Source: Neolewinella sp. (GTDB taxonomy: Bacteria; Bacteroidota; Bacteroidia; Chitinophagales; Saprospiraceae). Taken from it: a stretch of 56,507 nucleotides of DNA. The stretch lies in NCBI GenBank assembly GCA_047626445.1, contig JBLHRW010000001.1:1-56507 (forward strand), read 5' to 3'. Under the pieces are notes generated by a model that saw only the letters and a list, made by a program, of their open reading frames with translations, searched no databases and had not been told where the DNA came from. This document shows, piece after piece, positions 47,635 through 55,610 of the stretch (position 1 is its first letter; each line of letters starts with the position of its first letter). The translations under genes were made by a program, and so were the position numbers.

Positions 47635-48343
47635 TAGACTGTCGGCTTTTTGGGCTGCTGTTTATACGAAACAACGCCACCAACAAATCAGCCAAGGCCG
47701 CCGACTGGGCGCTCGGGCTCATGATCTGGTAGTCCGTGCTCAGGTCGGTCGCTGCAAAAAAGTGATCCAGGTCGATTTGAACAGAAATAATGGTGTCGGG
47801 GCTAACCCGCAGACTCACCTCCCGCTCGGAGTTGAAAGGACCTTGAAATCCACCAACATGAAATTGAAACCGGTTCTTCCGCGCCGGGCAATCGGGGGAA
47901 GTGCCTTCGAGTTTGAAGTTGATGTAGCCGCTGCGCCAGGTCCAGTACATGCCGTTGGTGGGGTCGAGATCGGCGCCGAAGGCGCCGGAGGCGGCGGTCA
48001 GGCTGTCGACACCAAAGGTAAAGCGGAGCTCGTCGTAGTCCGCTACCGTTTGGAGCGGAAGACGGAGTGTTTTCGGCCGTTCAGCGTCAATCAAATGGTG
48101 TTTTTTAGCCGCACGGTGAACGACGGCACCGGCTTTCAGCAAAACGACATCGCTCAGGTAGAAACGGAGGGTTTCGACGTTCAGGGCATGGCTTTTTTTA
48201 ACCTCCTCTGCACCGGCGGCCCCGCCTTCTTCTGCTACTTCTAATGCGACTCCTCCGAGAACAGGCTGGAAAACTACCGTCACCTCCTGCGCAGAAAGTG
48301 TGGGCAATAACAGGAGCAACGAGAGGTAGAAGAGGTGTTTCAT
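47624..48343 (-). CDS. MbnP family protein
   Basis: Signal peptide; LRFYLSD, FGVDS, GMYWTWRSGYINFKLEG (WxW), FHVGG. Confidence 0.85.
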   Translation of the reverse strand: MKHLFYLSLLLLLPTLSAQEVTVVFQPVLGGVALEVAEEGGAAGAEEVKKSHALNVETLRFYLSDVVLLKAGAVVHRAAKKHHLIDAERPKTLRLPLQTVADYDELRFTFGVDSLTAASGAFGADLDPTNGMYWTWRSGYINFKLEGTSPDCPARKNRFQFHVGGFQGPFNSEREVSLRVSPDTIISVQIDLDHFFAATDLSTDYQIMSPSAQSAALADLLVALFRINSSPKSRQSNAH

Positions 48344-48369
48344 ACGCTATTTTTGCTGCTTTTTTGGGC

Positions 48370-48436
48370 CGCGTAGCCCCGGACTTTAGTCCAAGTATTC
48401 TATCCAGAAGGGTGGACTAAAGTCCATCGCTACGCG
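48370..48436. repeat. GTAG-type REP doublet
   Basis: GTAGCCCCGGACTTTAGTCCA and inverted GTAGCGATGGACTTTAGTCCA. Confidence 0.7.
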
Positions 48437-48507
48437 CAGCGCATATTCTTCCAATAAGGTCCGAATATCCGCCGCCAACTGATCAATGGAGGCCTTTGGA
48501 CTGCCGC

Positions 48508-48981
48508 TTATTGCCTCTCCTTCGGTGAGGGAGGACGATTTCTTCCCTGACCCAGGATATGTTTTAAGGAACGGTCAACAAAGCTTGGAAATTTTTGCTG
48601 CTGCTCGGGCCTTAGCAATGCCTTCACGTTAAGGAAATGATCGTAGGTGCTGCTGATTTTTTCTTCCTCCAGCTTGGTGTAGTGCTGTGGTACCATTGAA
48701 GAACTGTCCGGTTCATTCTGAGCAAGGCTACTGAAGTATTCGGCGAGTAACCCCTTCTGCTCCTGGTTGATGCGCTGCATCATTGCTTGGTGTGTTCCCA
48801 CTAAGCCGAAGAAGGCGTCCTGCTGCGCTTCATCAAATTCCAGTTCGAGGTGCGTAGGTCGTGGCCGCTGATTCGATCCACCGATCAGGGGCCGGTGCAG
48901 GAAAAAGAACGCGAGTATGGCCAGGTTGAGTACCAGTAGGCCGATGGCCGCGGAGCGATAAGATTTGAGCTTGTCCATCAT
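48508..48981 (-). CDS. Membrane-anchored periplasmic helical protein (heavy-metal sensor/Spy-CpxP-like)
   Basis: N-terminal TM, helical body, LLRPEQQQKF LTxxQ-like motif; ATGA overlap with the upstream gene. Confidence 0.6.
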   Translation of the reverse strand: MMDKLKSYRSAAIGLLVLNLAILAFFFLHRPLIGGSNQRPRPTHLELEFDEAQQDAFFGLVGTHQAMMQRINQEQKGLLAEYFSSLAQNEPDSSSMVPQHYTKLEEEKISSTYDHFLNVKALLRPEQQQKFPSFVDRSLKHILGQGRNRPPSPKERQ

Positions 48982-49268
48982 TCGTAGAGTTGAAAGTCAG
49001 AAATCAGTACGTTATCGCTGGTGTCGTACTGGGCCGTAGGCCCGGAGGATTCGTCCATGTAATTGGCCAGCGCCGTTACGTTAAGGGCCACCAGTACGCA
49101 GGCAGCGGCGGCAAGCATCCGCCATTGTTTGATGGGGATGATCTTAGCTTCCGCTTTGCCAATGCGGGCTTCGATCCGGCCCAGCAGGCCGGGAGGGGGC
49201 GTGGCCCTGGGCAGCTTGCGCAGCTGTTCCATGGCCTCATCCAATTCAAACTGTCCGTCTGGTTTCAT
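48978..49268 (-). CDS. Putative single-TM anti-sigma factor
   Basis: Short cytoplasmic domain (RATPPPGLLGRIEARI) plus one TM; starts 1 nt after the ECF sigma stop. Confidence 0.65.
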   Translation of the reverse strand: MKPDGQFELDEAMEQLRKLPRATPPPGLLGRIEARIGKAEAKIIPIKQWRMLAAAACVLVALNVTALANYMDESSGPTAQYDTSDNVLISDFQLYE

Positions 49269-49269
49269 A

Positions 49270-49845
49270 TCATTTTGCGTTTGCTTTACCCCGGTGCGGG
49301 TAATCTATTGTTAATCCGGTTCTTAATCTTTTTTTTGCCCGCATCAGCAGGCTTTCCACTGCTTTCAGCGACAGGTCCATGACCTCGGCCACCTGCTGCC
49401 GGGGCAGTTCTTCGACGAAGCTGAGCACGAAGGCCGTTTTCTGTCGGGCGGGCAGCCGGTAAATGGCAGCAAAAAGCGCCTGATTGGCTTCCCGATCCTC
49501 CAATACCGCATTCGGATGGTGGAAATCGGGCACTTCTTTTTCCCGGACGGAGAGTGCGCTGAACAGTCCGCGGCGTCCCCGCTTTTTAATGGCCGTCAGC
49601 GAGGTGTTCGCCGTGATCCGGTACACCCAGGTCGTTACCTGGCTTTCGGCCTTAAAACTCCCGGCGCTTCGCCATATTTTGGTGAAAACATCCTGGGTGA
49701 TTTCTTCCGCATCCGCCTCGTTTTGCACGTAACTGAGCGCGGTATTGTACACCCGGTCACTGATGCGGCCGTAGAGCGCGCGCAGGGCCGGGGCATTGCC
49801 ATCGGCAATGTCCTTTAGTAGCTCACGATCGGTTGGCTCGGGCAT
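49270..49845 (-). CDS. RNA polymerase ECF-type sigma factor
   Basis: DAEEITQDVF, TWVYRIT region 2; LPARQK...AVESLLMRAKKRL region 4. Confidence 0.93.
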   Translation of the reverse strand: MPEPTDRELLKDIADGNAPALRALYGRISDRVYNTALSYVQNEADAEEITQDVFTKIWRSAGSFKAESQVTTWVYRITANTSLTAIKKRGRRGLFSALSVREKEVPDFHHPNAVLEDREANQALFAAIYRLPARQKTAFVLSFVEELPRQQVAEVMDLSLKAVESLLMRAKKRLRTGLTIDYPHRGKANAK

Positions 49846-49863
49846 TCGTAGAAATTATTCGAT

Positions 49864-49894
49864 GGTTGGACTACGGGAAGTTACTAATCCTTCG
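49864..49894 (-). promoter_or_regulatory. Candidate autoregulatory ECF promoter CGAAGGATTA-N12-AGTCCAACC
   Basis: Matches 46584-46614 at 18 of 19 non-spacer positions; ends 18 nt before the sigma start codon. Confidence 0.7.
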
Positions 49895-50197
49895 GAGGGG
49901 GGAGGTTTTTTATTTGTGGGGCTTTTTGGCGCGGTCGCAGGTGCCGGGGAAAGGATTAAAGGAGCAAGGAGAAAGGACGGTGCTGCTCCCTTACTACCTT
50001 AAAACTGGAGCACCTAACTACTGCTGTCAGTAGCGTTTTCTTACTCCCATACCAGCCCTCTGTGCCTCCCTCCATGCTACCCTCTGTGAGAAATATCCGC
50101 TGCGTATGGAGCCCTCATTCTCGCGCATAAATCCGGGAGAAACAACCCGTACCTTCGTTCTTTCTCTCCCTTCTAACCTTTTTCCATTTCTATTTTC

Positions 50198-50785
50198 ATG
50201 GACTTCTCCATCCTCTCTACCGCACTCCTCCTCTTCTTCATCCTCGACCCCCTGGGCAACATCCCACTGGTCCTGGCCCTCTTGAAGGACATGGACAAAG
50301 CCCGCCGCCAACGCATCGTCATCCGGGAAAGCCTCATCGGCCTCGTTATCCTGGTGCTTTTCCTGTTTGGCGGGGAAACTTTCCTCAACGTCTTTCACCT
50401 CGAGACGGCGGCGGTCCGGATTGCAGGAGGCCTCATCTTCCTGCTCATCGGCCTCAAAATGGTGTTCCCTTCAGCGGATGCACCCCTTTTCCCGGCGGAC
50501 CAGGAGCCGCTTGTCGTCCCCATCGCCCTACCTATGATTGCTGGCCCTTCGGCATTGGCGACCTTATTGGTCCTCTCCCACAACAACCCCGATGATCAGT
50601 TGGGCTTACTGTACGCCCTATTGCTGGCCTGGGGTGTTTCTACCCTCCTCCTCTTCTCTGCACCATTGCTCTACCGTGTTCTGCGCAAAAAAGGCCTCAT
50701 TGCCCTGGAACGGCTGATGGGCATGTTGCTGCTGATCCTTTCGGTGCAGATGTTTATTGATGGTATTCGGGGGGTATTGGGGTAA
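50198..50785 (+). CDS. MarC/YhgN family membrane protein
   Basis: LDPLGNIP, IAGGLI, VPIALPMIAGP, ERLMGMLL. Confidence 0.92.
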   Translation: MDFSILSTALLLFFILDPLGNIPLVLALLKDMDKARRQRIVIRESLIGLVILVLFLFGGETFLNVFHLETAAVRIAGGLIFLLIGLKMVFPSADAPLFPADQEPLVVPIALPMIAGPSALATLLVLSHNNPDDQLGLLYALLLAWGVSTLLLFSAPLLYRVLRKKGLIALERLMGMLLLILSVQMFIDGIRGVLG

Positions 50786-50788
50786 TTT

Positions 50789-50838
50789 TCAAGTTGGTTG
50801 ACTTGATAAATAGGGAATTTTCAAGTCAACCAACTTGA
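50789..50838. repeat. Perfect 18-bp inverted repeat just after the marC stop
   Basis: TCAAGTTGGTTGACTTGA / TCAAGTCAACCAACTTGA; possible terminator. Confidence 0.65.
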
Positions 50839-51041
50839 TTTTGACCCATTACGTATTCGAGATTGGTGGTGCCAATAAAGCCAGCAAGCAGATTGGCACA
50901 GATCCCAATAGCTTTGTTGTGTAAGATGTAGAACGGACGGCGGGAGAACAGAAGATTCCTTTATGGCTCTTTGGATTGCTTTATTAGACCGTATTTTGCC
51001 CCTAAGCTTACCTTTTTTTCATAAACCTTGTCTGTCAGAAT

Positions 51042-52280
51042 ATGCGCTTATTCACGCTCGCTCTTTTTCCGTGTTTGTTATTACTTAGCTCTTGTCACGT
51101 AGGCCGTTTTTTCGCCTACAACTTCGCCGACATAACGGATCATAAAATTTTTCCCTATACCGAAGTCGGTACGGGGGATGACGTCTACAGCTTTCCGGTC
51201 AGTGACCGGGACCCGCTGAGCAGTATGACCATAACGGTGAAGGGGGGGGAGATGCCCCTCACGCAGTGGCTCGACGAGGAGACGTCCACCACTTCTTTCC
51301 TTGTCGTCAAAAACGACAGCATCGTCTACGAGCAATACTTTGAGGGCTACGGCCCGGACGATATTTCGACGATCTTCTCCGTCTCTAAATCAGTTACCTC
51401 TTTGCTGACCGGCATCGCCGTAGACGAAGGCCTGATTACCGACGTCAATGACCCGGTTACGAAGTATATCCCCGAGTTGCTCGAAGGGGACCCCCGTTTC
51501 CAGCGGCTCACCATCCGTCACCTGCTCGACATGCGCTCCGGGCTGGATTACAAAGAATCGTACAGTAATCCTTTTGCCGACATGGCCAAGCTTTACTACG
51601 GCACCAACCAGCTTAAACAATTAAGTAAGCTCGGCTTCAATCACGAGCCCGGTACCTATCACCAATACCAGTCGGGCACCACCGCCCTGCTCGGCATTGC
51701 GGTGGAGCGTGCTACCGGCATGGACCTCGGCCAGTACCTCGAAGCCAAAGTCTGGAAACCCATGGGCATGGAGTTTCCCGCCACCTGGAGCCTCGACGAT
51801 AAGCGCCATCGCTCCGCCAAGGGCTACTCCGGCCTCAACACCACGGCGCGCGACCTGGCCAAAATCGGACAACTGTATACAAAGGGCGGCCGCTGGCGCG
51901 GCCAGCAGATCGTCTCCGAAGCTTGGGTAAACAGTTCCATCATGCCGGACTTGACCAATGATGGCTACCAGTACCAATGGTACAGCATCACAGAAACGCT
52001 AGAGGATGAGGACGGAAAAACGCGTTACTTCCCCGATTCTCTCGCCGCCATCACTGTAGGTAAGGATTTGGCGCTTGCGCAGCCGACCCCCTTGCCCTCC
52101 CGCAAAAATCCCGGCCAATGGTACCTCGATTACAGCAGCGGCGGCAGCGTCTTTTACGCCCAGGGTATCCTCAACCAGTTCATCTACGTCGACCCGGCAA
52201 AGGACCTGGTGATCGTACGACAGGGGAAGAAATGGGATGAGGGGTATTTGTGGTTGTTTGATAAGATAGGGGGGAAGTGA
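51042..52280 (+). CDS. Serine hydrolase, beta-lactamase class C-like lipoprotein
   Basis: Lipobox LSSC, FSVSKS (SxxK), LTIRHLLDMRSG, YQS, ARDLAKIG. Confidence 0.88.
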   Translation: MRLFTLALFPCLLLLSSCHVGRFFAYNFADITDHKIFPYTEVGTGDDVYSFPVSDRDPLSSMTITVKGGEMPLTQWLDEETSTTSFLVVKNDSIVYEQYFEGYGPDDISTIFSVSKSVTSLLTGIAVDEGLITDVNDPVTKYIPELLEGDPRFQRLTIRHLLDMRSGLDYKESYSNPFADMAKLYYGTNQLKQLSKLGFNHEPGTYHQYQSGTTALLGIAVERATGMDLGQYLEAKVWKPMGMEFPATWSLDDKRHRSAKGYSGLNTTARDLAKIGQLYTKGGRWRGQQIVSEAWVNSSIMPDLTNDGYQYQWYSITETLEDEDGKTRYFPDSLAAITVGKDLALAQPTPLPSRKNPGQWYLDYSSGGSVFYAQGILNQFIYVDPAKDLVIVRQGKKWDEGYLWLFDKIGGK

Positions 52281-52369
52281 TAGCTGCCGAATGAAAATGA
52301 TGTTTGCTGTTCTCCCTTCTCTATTTGCTGTGCCTTCTGCTTTAGGACGGAGTATTAATGAATAGCTTT

Positions 52370-52623
52370 CTAGTACAGTGTAAACTAAGTTTTTGAATGT
52401 CTCTGTTTGTCGCGTAGCGACTGCACTTGAGTTGCCTGGGACAAGGAGGAACGACGCAGCCGCAGGTAACGGAAAGGACCCTTATTTTTTTAACGACGCG
52501 GAGCGTCGTCAAGTTAATCCTTGGGTTCGTTACCCCGGACTTTGTCCGGGGTAACTAATGTGTATTCGCTACGCGAAATCAAGGCAACCTGAATGCATGT
52601 AAACTTAGTTTACAGTGTACTAG
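52370..52623. mobile_element. CTAG-ended MITE enclosing REP-like hairpins
   Basis: CTAGTACAGTGTAAACTAAGTTT / AAACTTAGTTTACAGTGTACTAG (22/23 inverted match). Confidence 0.7.
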
Positions 52624-52921
52624 TATTATTTGACCCTTTTCTAAAGACTCTTCAATAGTCTCAATTATATCGGTGTAAGTCTTGTGAAATCCATCCATAT
52701 TTATTGGTTAATAAAGTTGTGGGAAATGTAATAGTCAAAAGGCGTAAGTTATTTATACGGCGTCTCTGAGGAAATATTTTAAAGATCAAGACTGTTCGGG
52801 TGGGGACACCCTCAACCGAGTATCTGACAATAAAAATGAAATCACACTGCCCTTTTAAGTACTTGTGGGTAGAATTAAGTTCAAGTCGTAATAGTTGCAA
52901 ACGCCTTAATAATCGATCATG

Positions 52922-54268
52922 CTACGAAGACGTCGAATTCGCCAGTTCGACCATCACCAGCCCATCCTCCCCAACATCCCCCAACGTCATCTCCACCAAA
53001 TGATTAACCCAACTATCCTCAGCAGCAAAAGCCACCTTCACGTAGTTATCAGTGAAGCCATGCAGCATCCCGTCAGTCCTGGACTTCTCCAGTAGTACGG
53101 GACGAACCTCGCCCAAATACCGTTCCTGGTGCGCCCGCTTCTTCTTTTCTGAGAGGATGCCGAGCATCTTATTCCGCCGCTTACGCTCGGACATGGGAAC
53201 TACGCCGTCCATCTCTGCAGCTGGAGTGTTGGCGCGTTCGGAGTAGGTGAAGACGTGGAAGTAATCCACGGGTAGTTCTTGTACAAACTTATAGGCCTCC
53301 AGAAAGTCCTCCTCCGTCTCGCCGGGGAAACCGACGATGAGGTCAACGCCGATGCAGGCGTGAGGCATCACCTGGCGGATGTGGGCCACGCGCTCGGCGT
53401 AGAGCTCCCGCTTGTAGCGGCGGCGCATCTGGGCCAGTTGTTTGTTGTTGCCGGATTGTAGCGGCATGTGGAAGTGTGGCGCAAAGCGTTGGCTGTTGGC
53501 CACGAAGTCGATCAGCTCATTGGTGCAAAGGTTCGGCTCGATGCTGGAGATGCGGAAACGGGTGATGCCTTCGACTTCGTCGAGCGCAGCGGCGAGGTCG
53601 GAGAACAGGGCTTCCTTGCGGGGGCGTTCGCCCTCGATGACGGAGGTGCCGTTGCCAAAATCACCGATGTTTACGCCGGTGAGGACGATTTCCTTCACGC
53701 CTTTGGTGGCGATGGCTTTCGCGTCGGCAACTACTTGTTCCACGGTGGAGCTACGGCTTTTACCCCGCGCCAGCGGGATGGTGCAGAAGGTACATTTGTA
53801 GTTACAGCCGTCCTGGACTTTCAGGAAGGAACGCGTCCGGTCCCCAAAGCTGAAACTGCTGATGAAGGTGTCCGCTTCCTTCACTTCGCCGGCACGGACC
53901 ATCCCTTTACTCGCACCGGTACTGATGCCGTCGATGTAATCCAGGATCCTGAATTTCTCTGCTGCCCCAAGGACGAGGTCGACGCCTTCAATGTTAGCGA
54001 TCTCCTCTGGTTTCAACTGCGCATAACAGCCTACGACAACAATTTTTGCACCTGCGTTCGCGCCTAATGCACGTCGTACTATGTTGCGGCACTTGCGGTC
54101 GGCAAAATCCGTCACCGAACAGGTATTGATCACCACCACATCCGAGCCGTCACCAAACTCCACGGCCTGGTAGCCTGCCTCGGTAAACTGGCGGCCGATG
54201 GCGGAAGTCTCGCTGTAGTTGAGCTTGCAGCCGAGGGTGTAGAAGGAAACGGTTCCGAAGTTGGACAT
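52922..54268 (-). CDS. mtaB: tRNA t6A37 methylthiotransferase
   Basis: TLGCKLNYSE, NTCSVT, GCYAQ, RSFLKVQDGCNYKCTFCTIP, RISSIEP, HVFTYSER. Confidence 0.93.
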   Translation of the reverse strand: MSNFGTVSFYTLGCKLNYSETSAIGRQFTEAGYQAVEFGDGSDVVVINTCSVTDFADRKCRNIVRRALGANAGAKIVVVGCYAQLKPEEIANIEGVDLVLGAAEKFRILDYIDGISTGASKGMVRAGEVKEADTFISSFSFGDRTRSFLKVQDGCNYKCTFCTIPLARGKSRSSTVEQVVADAKAIATKGVKEIVLTGVNIGDFGNGTSVIEGERPRKEALFSDLAAALDEVEGITRFRISSIEPNLCTNELIDFVANSQRFAPHFHMPLQSGNNKQLAQMRRRYKRELYAERVAHIRQVMPHACIGVDLIVGFPGETEEDFLEAYKFVQELPVDYFHVFTYSERANTPAAEMDGVVPMSERKRRNKMLGILSEKKKRAHQERYLGEVRPVLLEKSRTDGMLHGFTDNYVKVAFAAEDSWVNHLVEMTLGDVGEDGLVMVELANSTSS

Positions 54269-54456
54269 AACTAGTAGGTAGTAAGTAGTGGATAGTAGGT
54301 AGTGCGGCAGGGTAGGTAAAGCGATTAGTACTATCGACTATTGACTACCTACTATCTACGAATATGGGCGCGGACGCGGGTGCAAAGGTCGGAATTAAAG
54401 CAAGGCTAAGCAAGCCCGCCAAAGGACCCCGCTAAATCTGGCGGATAAGCGGCCAA

Positions 54457-54800
54457 CTACTCTTCCTCCTCCAAAAGCATTCCCAGGTCAGCACGGTTCC
54501 GATCCCGCTCCTGCAGGTCTTTGAAAGTGAACCACGCTTGCCGGTGGGGGGAGTTGTCTGCCTGGTCTTTGAAGTTGCGGAATGGCTTACGGTCTTCCAG
54601 CGCAGCTTCCATTTTGTATTTGTATTTATCTTCGGGCAACTGATGTACGAAGCGCTCCATCACCCGGTAAGACTGGTTACTGTCCGGCCCATGGATGCGT
54701 AGATAGCGTTTCTCGGTCCCCTGAAACTCTTCAGACCGCTTCGTAAGTTTGGCGAGGTTCTCCTCTTCGAAGGCATCCCAATCCATTTCAAAGTTGGTGT
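54457..54800 (-). pseudogene. UPF0158-like gene, probably 5'-truncated
   Basis: SYRVMERFV...RKPFRNFK...RQAWFTFK; frame runs upstream of M54786 into a MITE end that carries an in-frame stop. Confidence 0.55.
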
Positions 54801-54824
54801 GGTTTATTTATTTCGCGTCCCTAA

Positions 54825-54983
54825 GGGACGCGAATTAAATAAAACGTGTTTCTTGACCTGACGCTTTTGTTCTCACCGTTCTTGAAAAATTCTTTGCATA
54901 GCCGTAGCTACGGAAATAATTTTTAAGTGCGGTGAGGGCAAAATAAGGCGGTCAAGAAGCATGGTTTATTTATTTCCCATCCC
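54825..54983. mobile_element. 159-bp MITE, copy 3 (inverted relative to copy 2), preceded by a solo terminal fragment at 54800-54821
   Basis: Near reverse-complement of 10458-10616; TAA/TTA flanks. Confidence 0.8.
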
Positions 54984-54988
54984 TTAGT

Positions 54989-55420
54989 GTGCTTTCGGCG
55001 AAAAATCCGGGGATGTTGCCAGGTAATGTTGATCCTTTTGGGTTTGACCGGGAGAGCAAATCCCAGCCAGCTACCTTCGAGCTCAACTTCGTGGTTGGTG
55101 ACCAACGGTACCGCTACGATTTTTCTGTTACGCAACAAGCTTTCGAGAAAGAATGGCTGTACGACGAGACGGTACGGAAGGCCAAAGTTTTTGTGCGGAA
55201 CGGGCAGGAGGTAAGCATCGGTAAAAAGTATTTTGACTATCCGGACAGCGTTGCCCTATTGGAGCGTGGCGATAATGAGTTGTTCCGCAAAGACGCCTCT
55301 TTCCTTTCTGCGCTTGCGCTTTTTAATGTTGGAGAGGTTATTTCTGGGGGGCAAACCAGATTCTGGTTGTCGCGGATATTGGACTTGGAGATGCGGCAAA
55401 GGTCGGTAAAAGTGGGGTGA
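54989..55420 (+). pseudogene. Internal fragment of an AAA_21/RloA-type ATPase
   Basis: PFGFDRESKSQPATFELNF...RYRYDF...EKEWLY resembles the post-Walker A segment; no Walker A or B present. Confidence 0.6.
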
Positions 55421-55597
55421 AGTCAGCATTTCGCTTTCTGACCTTTTGTCATCAAGGACCATTTTTGCCGCTAAAGTCGAGTTGGAAGACAAAATTTAGC
55501 GGTCAGCTAATTTTATAGCGCAAGCCTCAGGACGACTTTGCTTTTTCAACCTCCATCGCACCTGCGTTCCCGCCCTTTTAAAATTCCCGGATAGCTT

Positions 55598-55605
55598 TAC
55601 CTTTG
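55598..55605 (+). promoter_or_regulatory. Bacteroidota -7 promoter element TACCTTTG
   Basis: Exact TAnnTTTG match ending 5 nt before ATG 55611. Confidence 0.55.
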
Positions 55606-55610
55606 CACCG

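Noticed and set aside
6611-48343. Functional link between the kynurenine catabolic cluster and MbnH-type protein kynurenine formation
   Set aside because: About 30 kb apart, different chemistry (free versus protein-bound Trp), no shared regulatory motif seen; treated as coincidence
51042-52280. Antibiotic-resistance beta-lactamase call
   Set aside because: SxxK serine hydrolase of a broad family; nothing in the sequence indicates beta-lactam specificity
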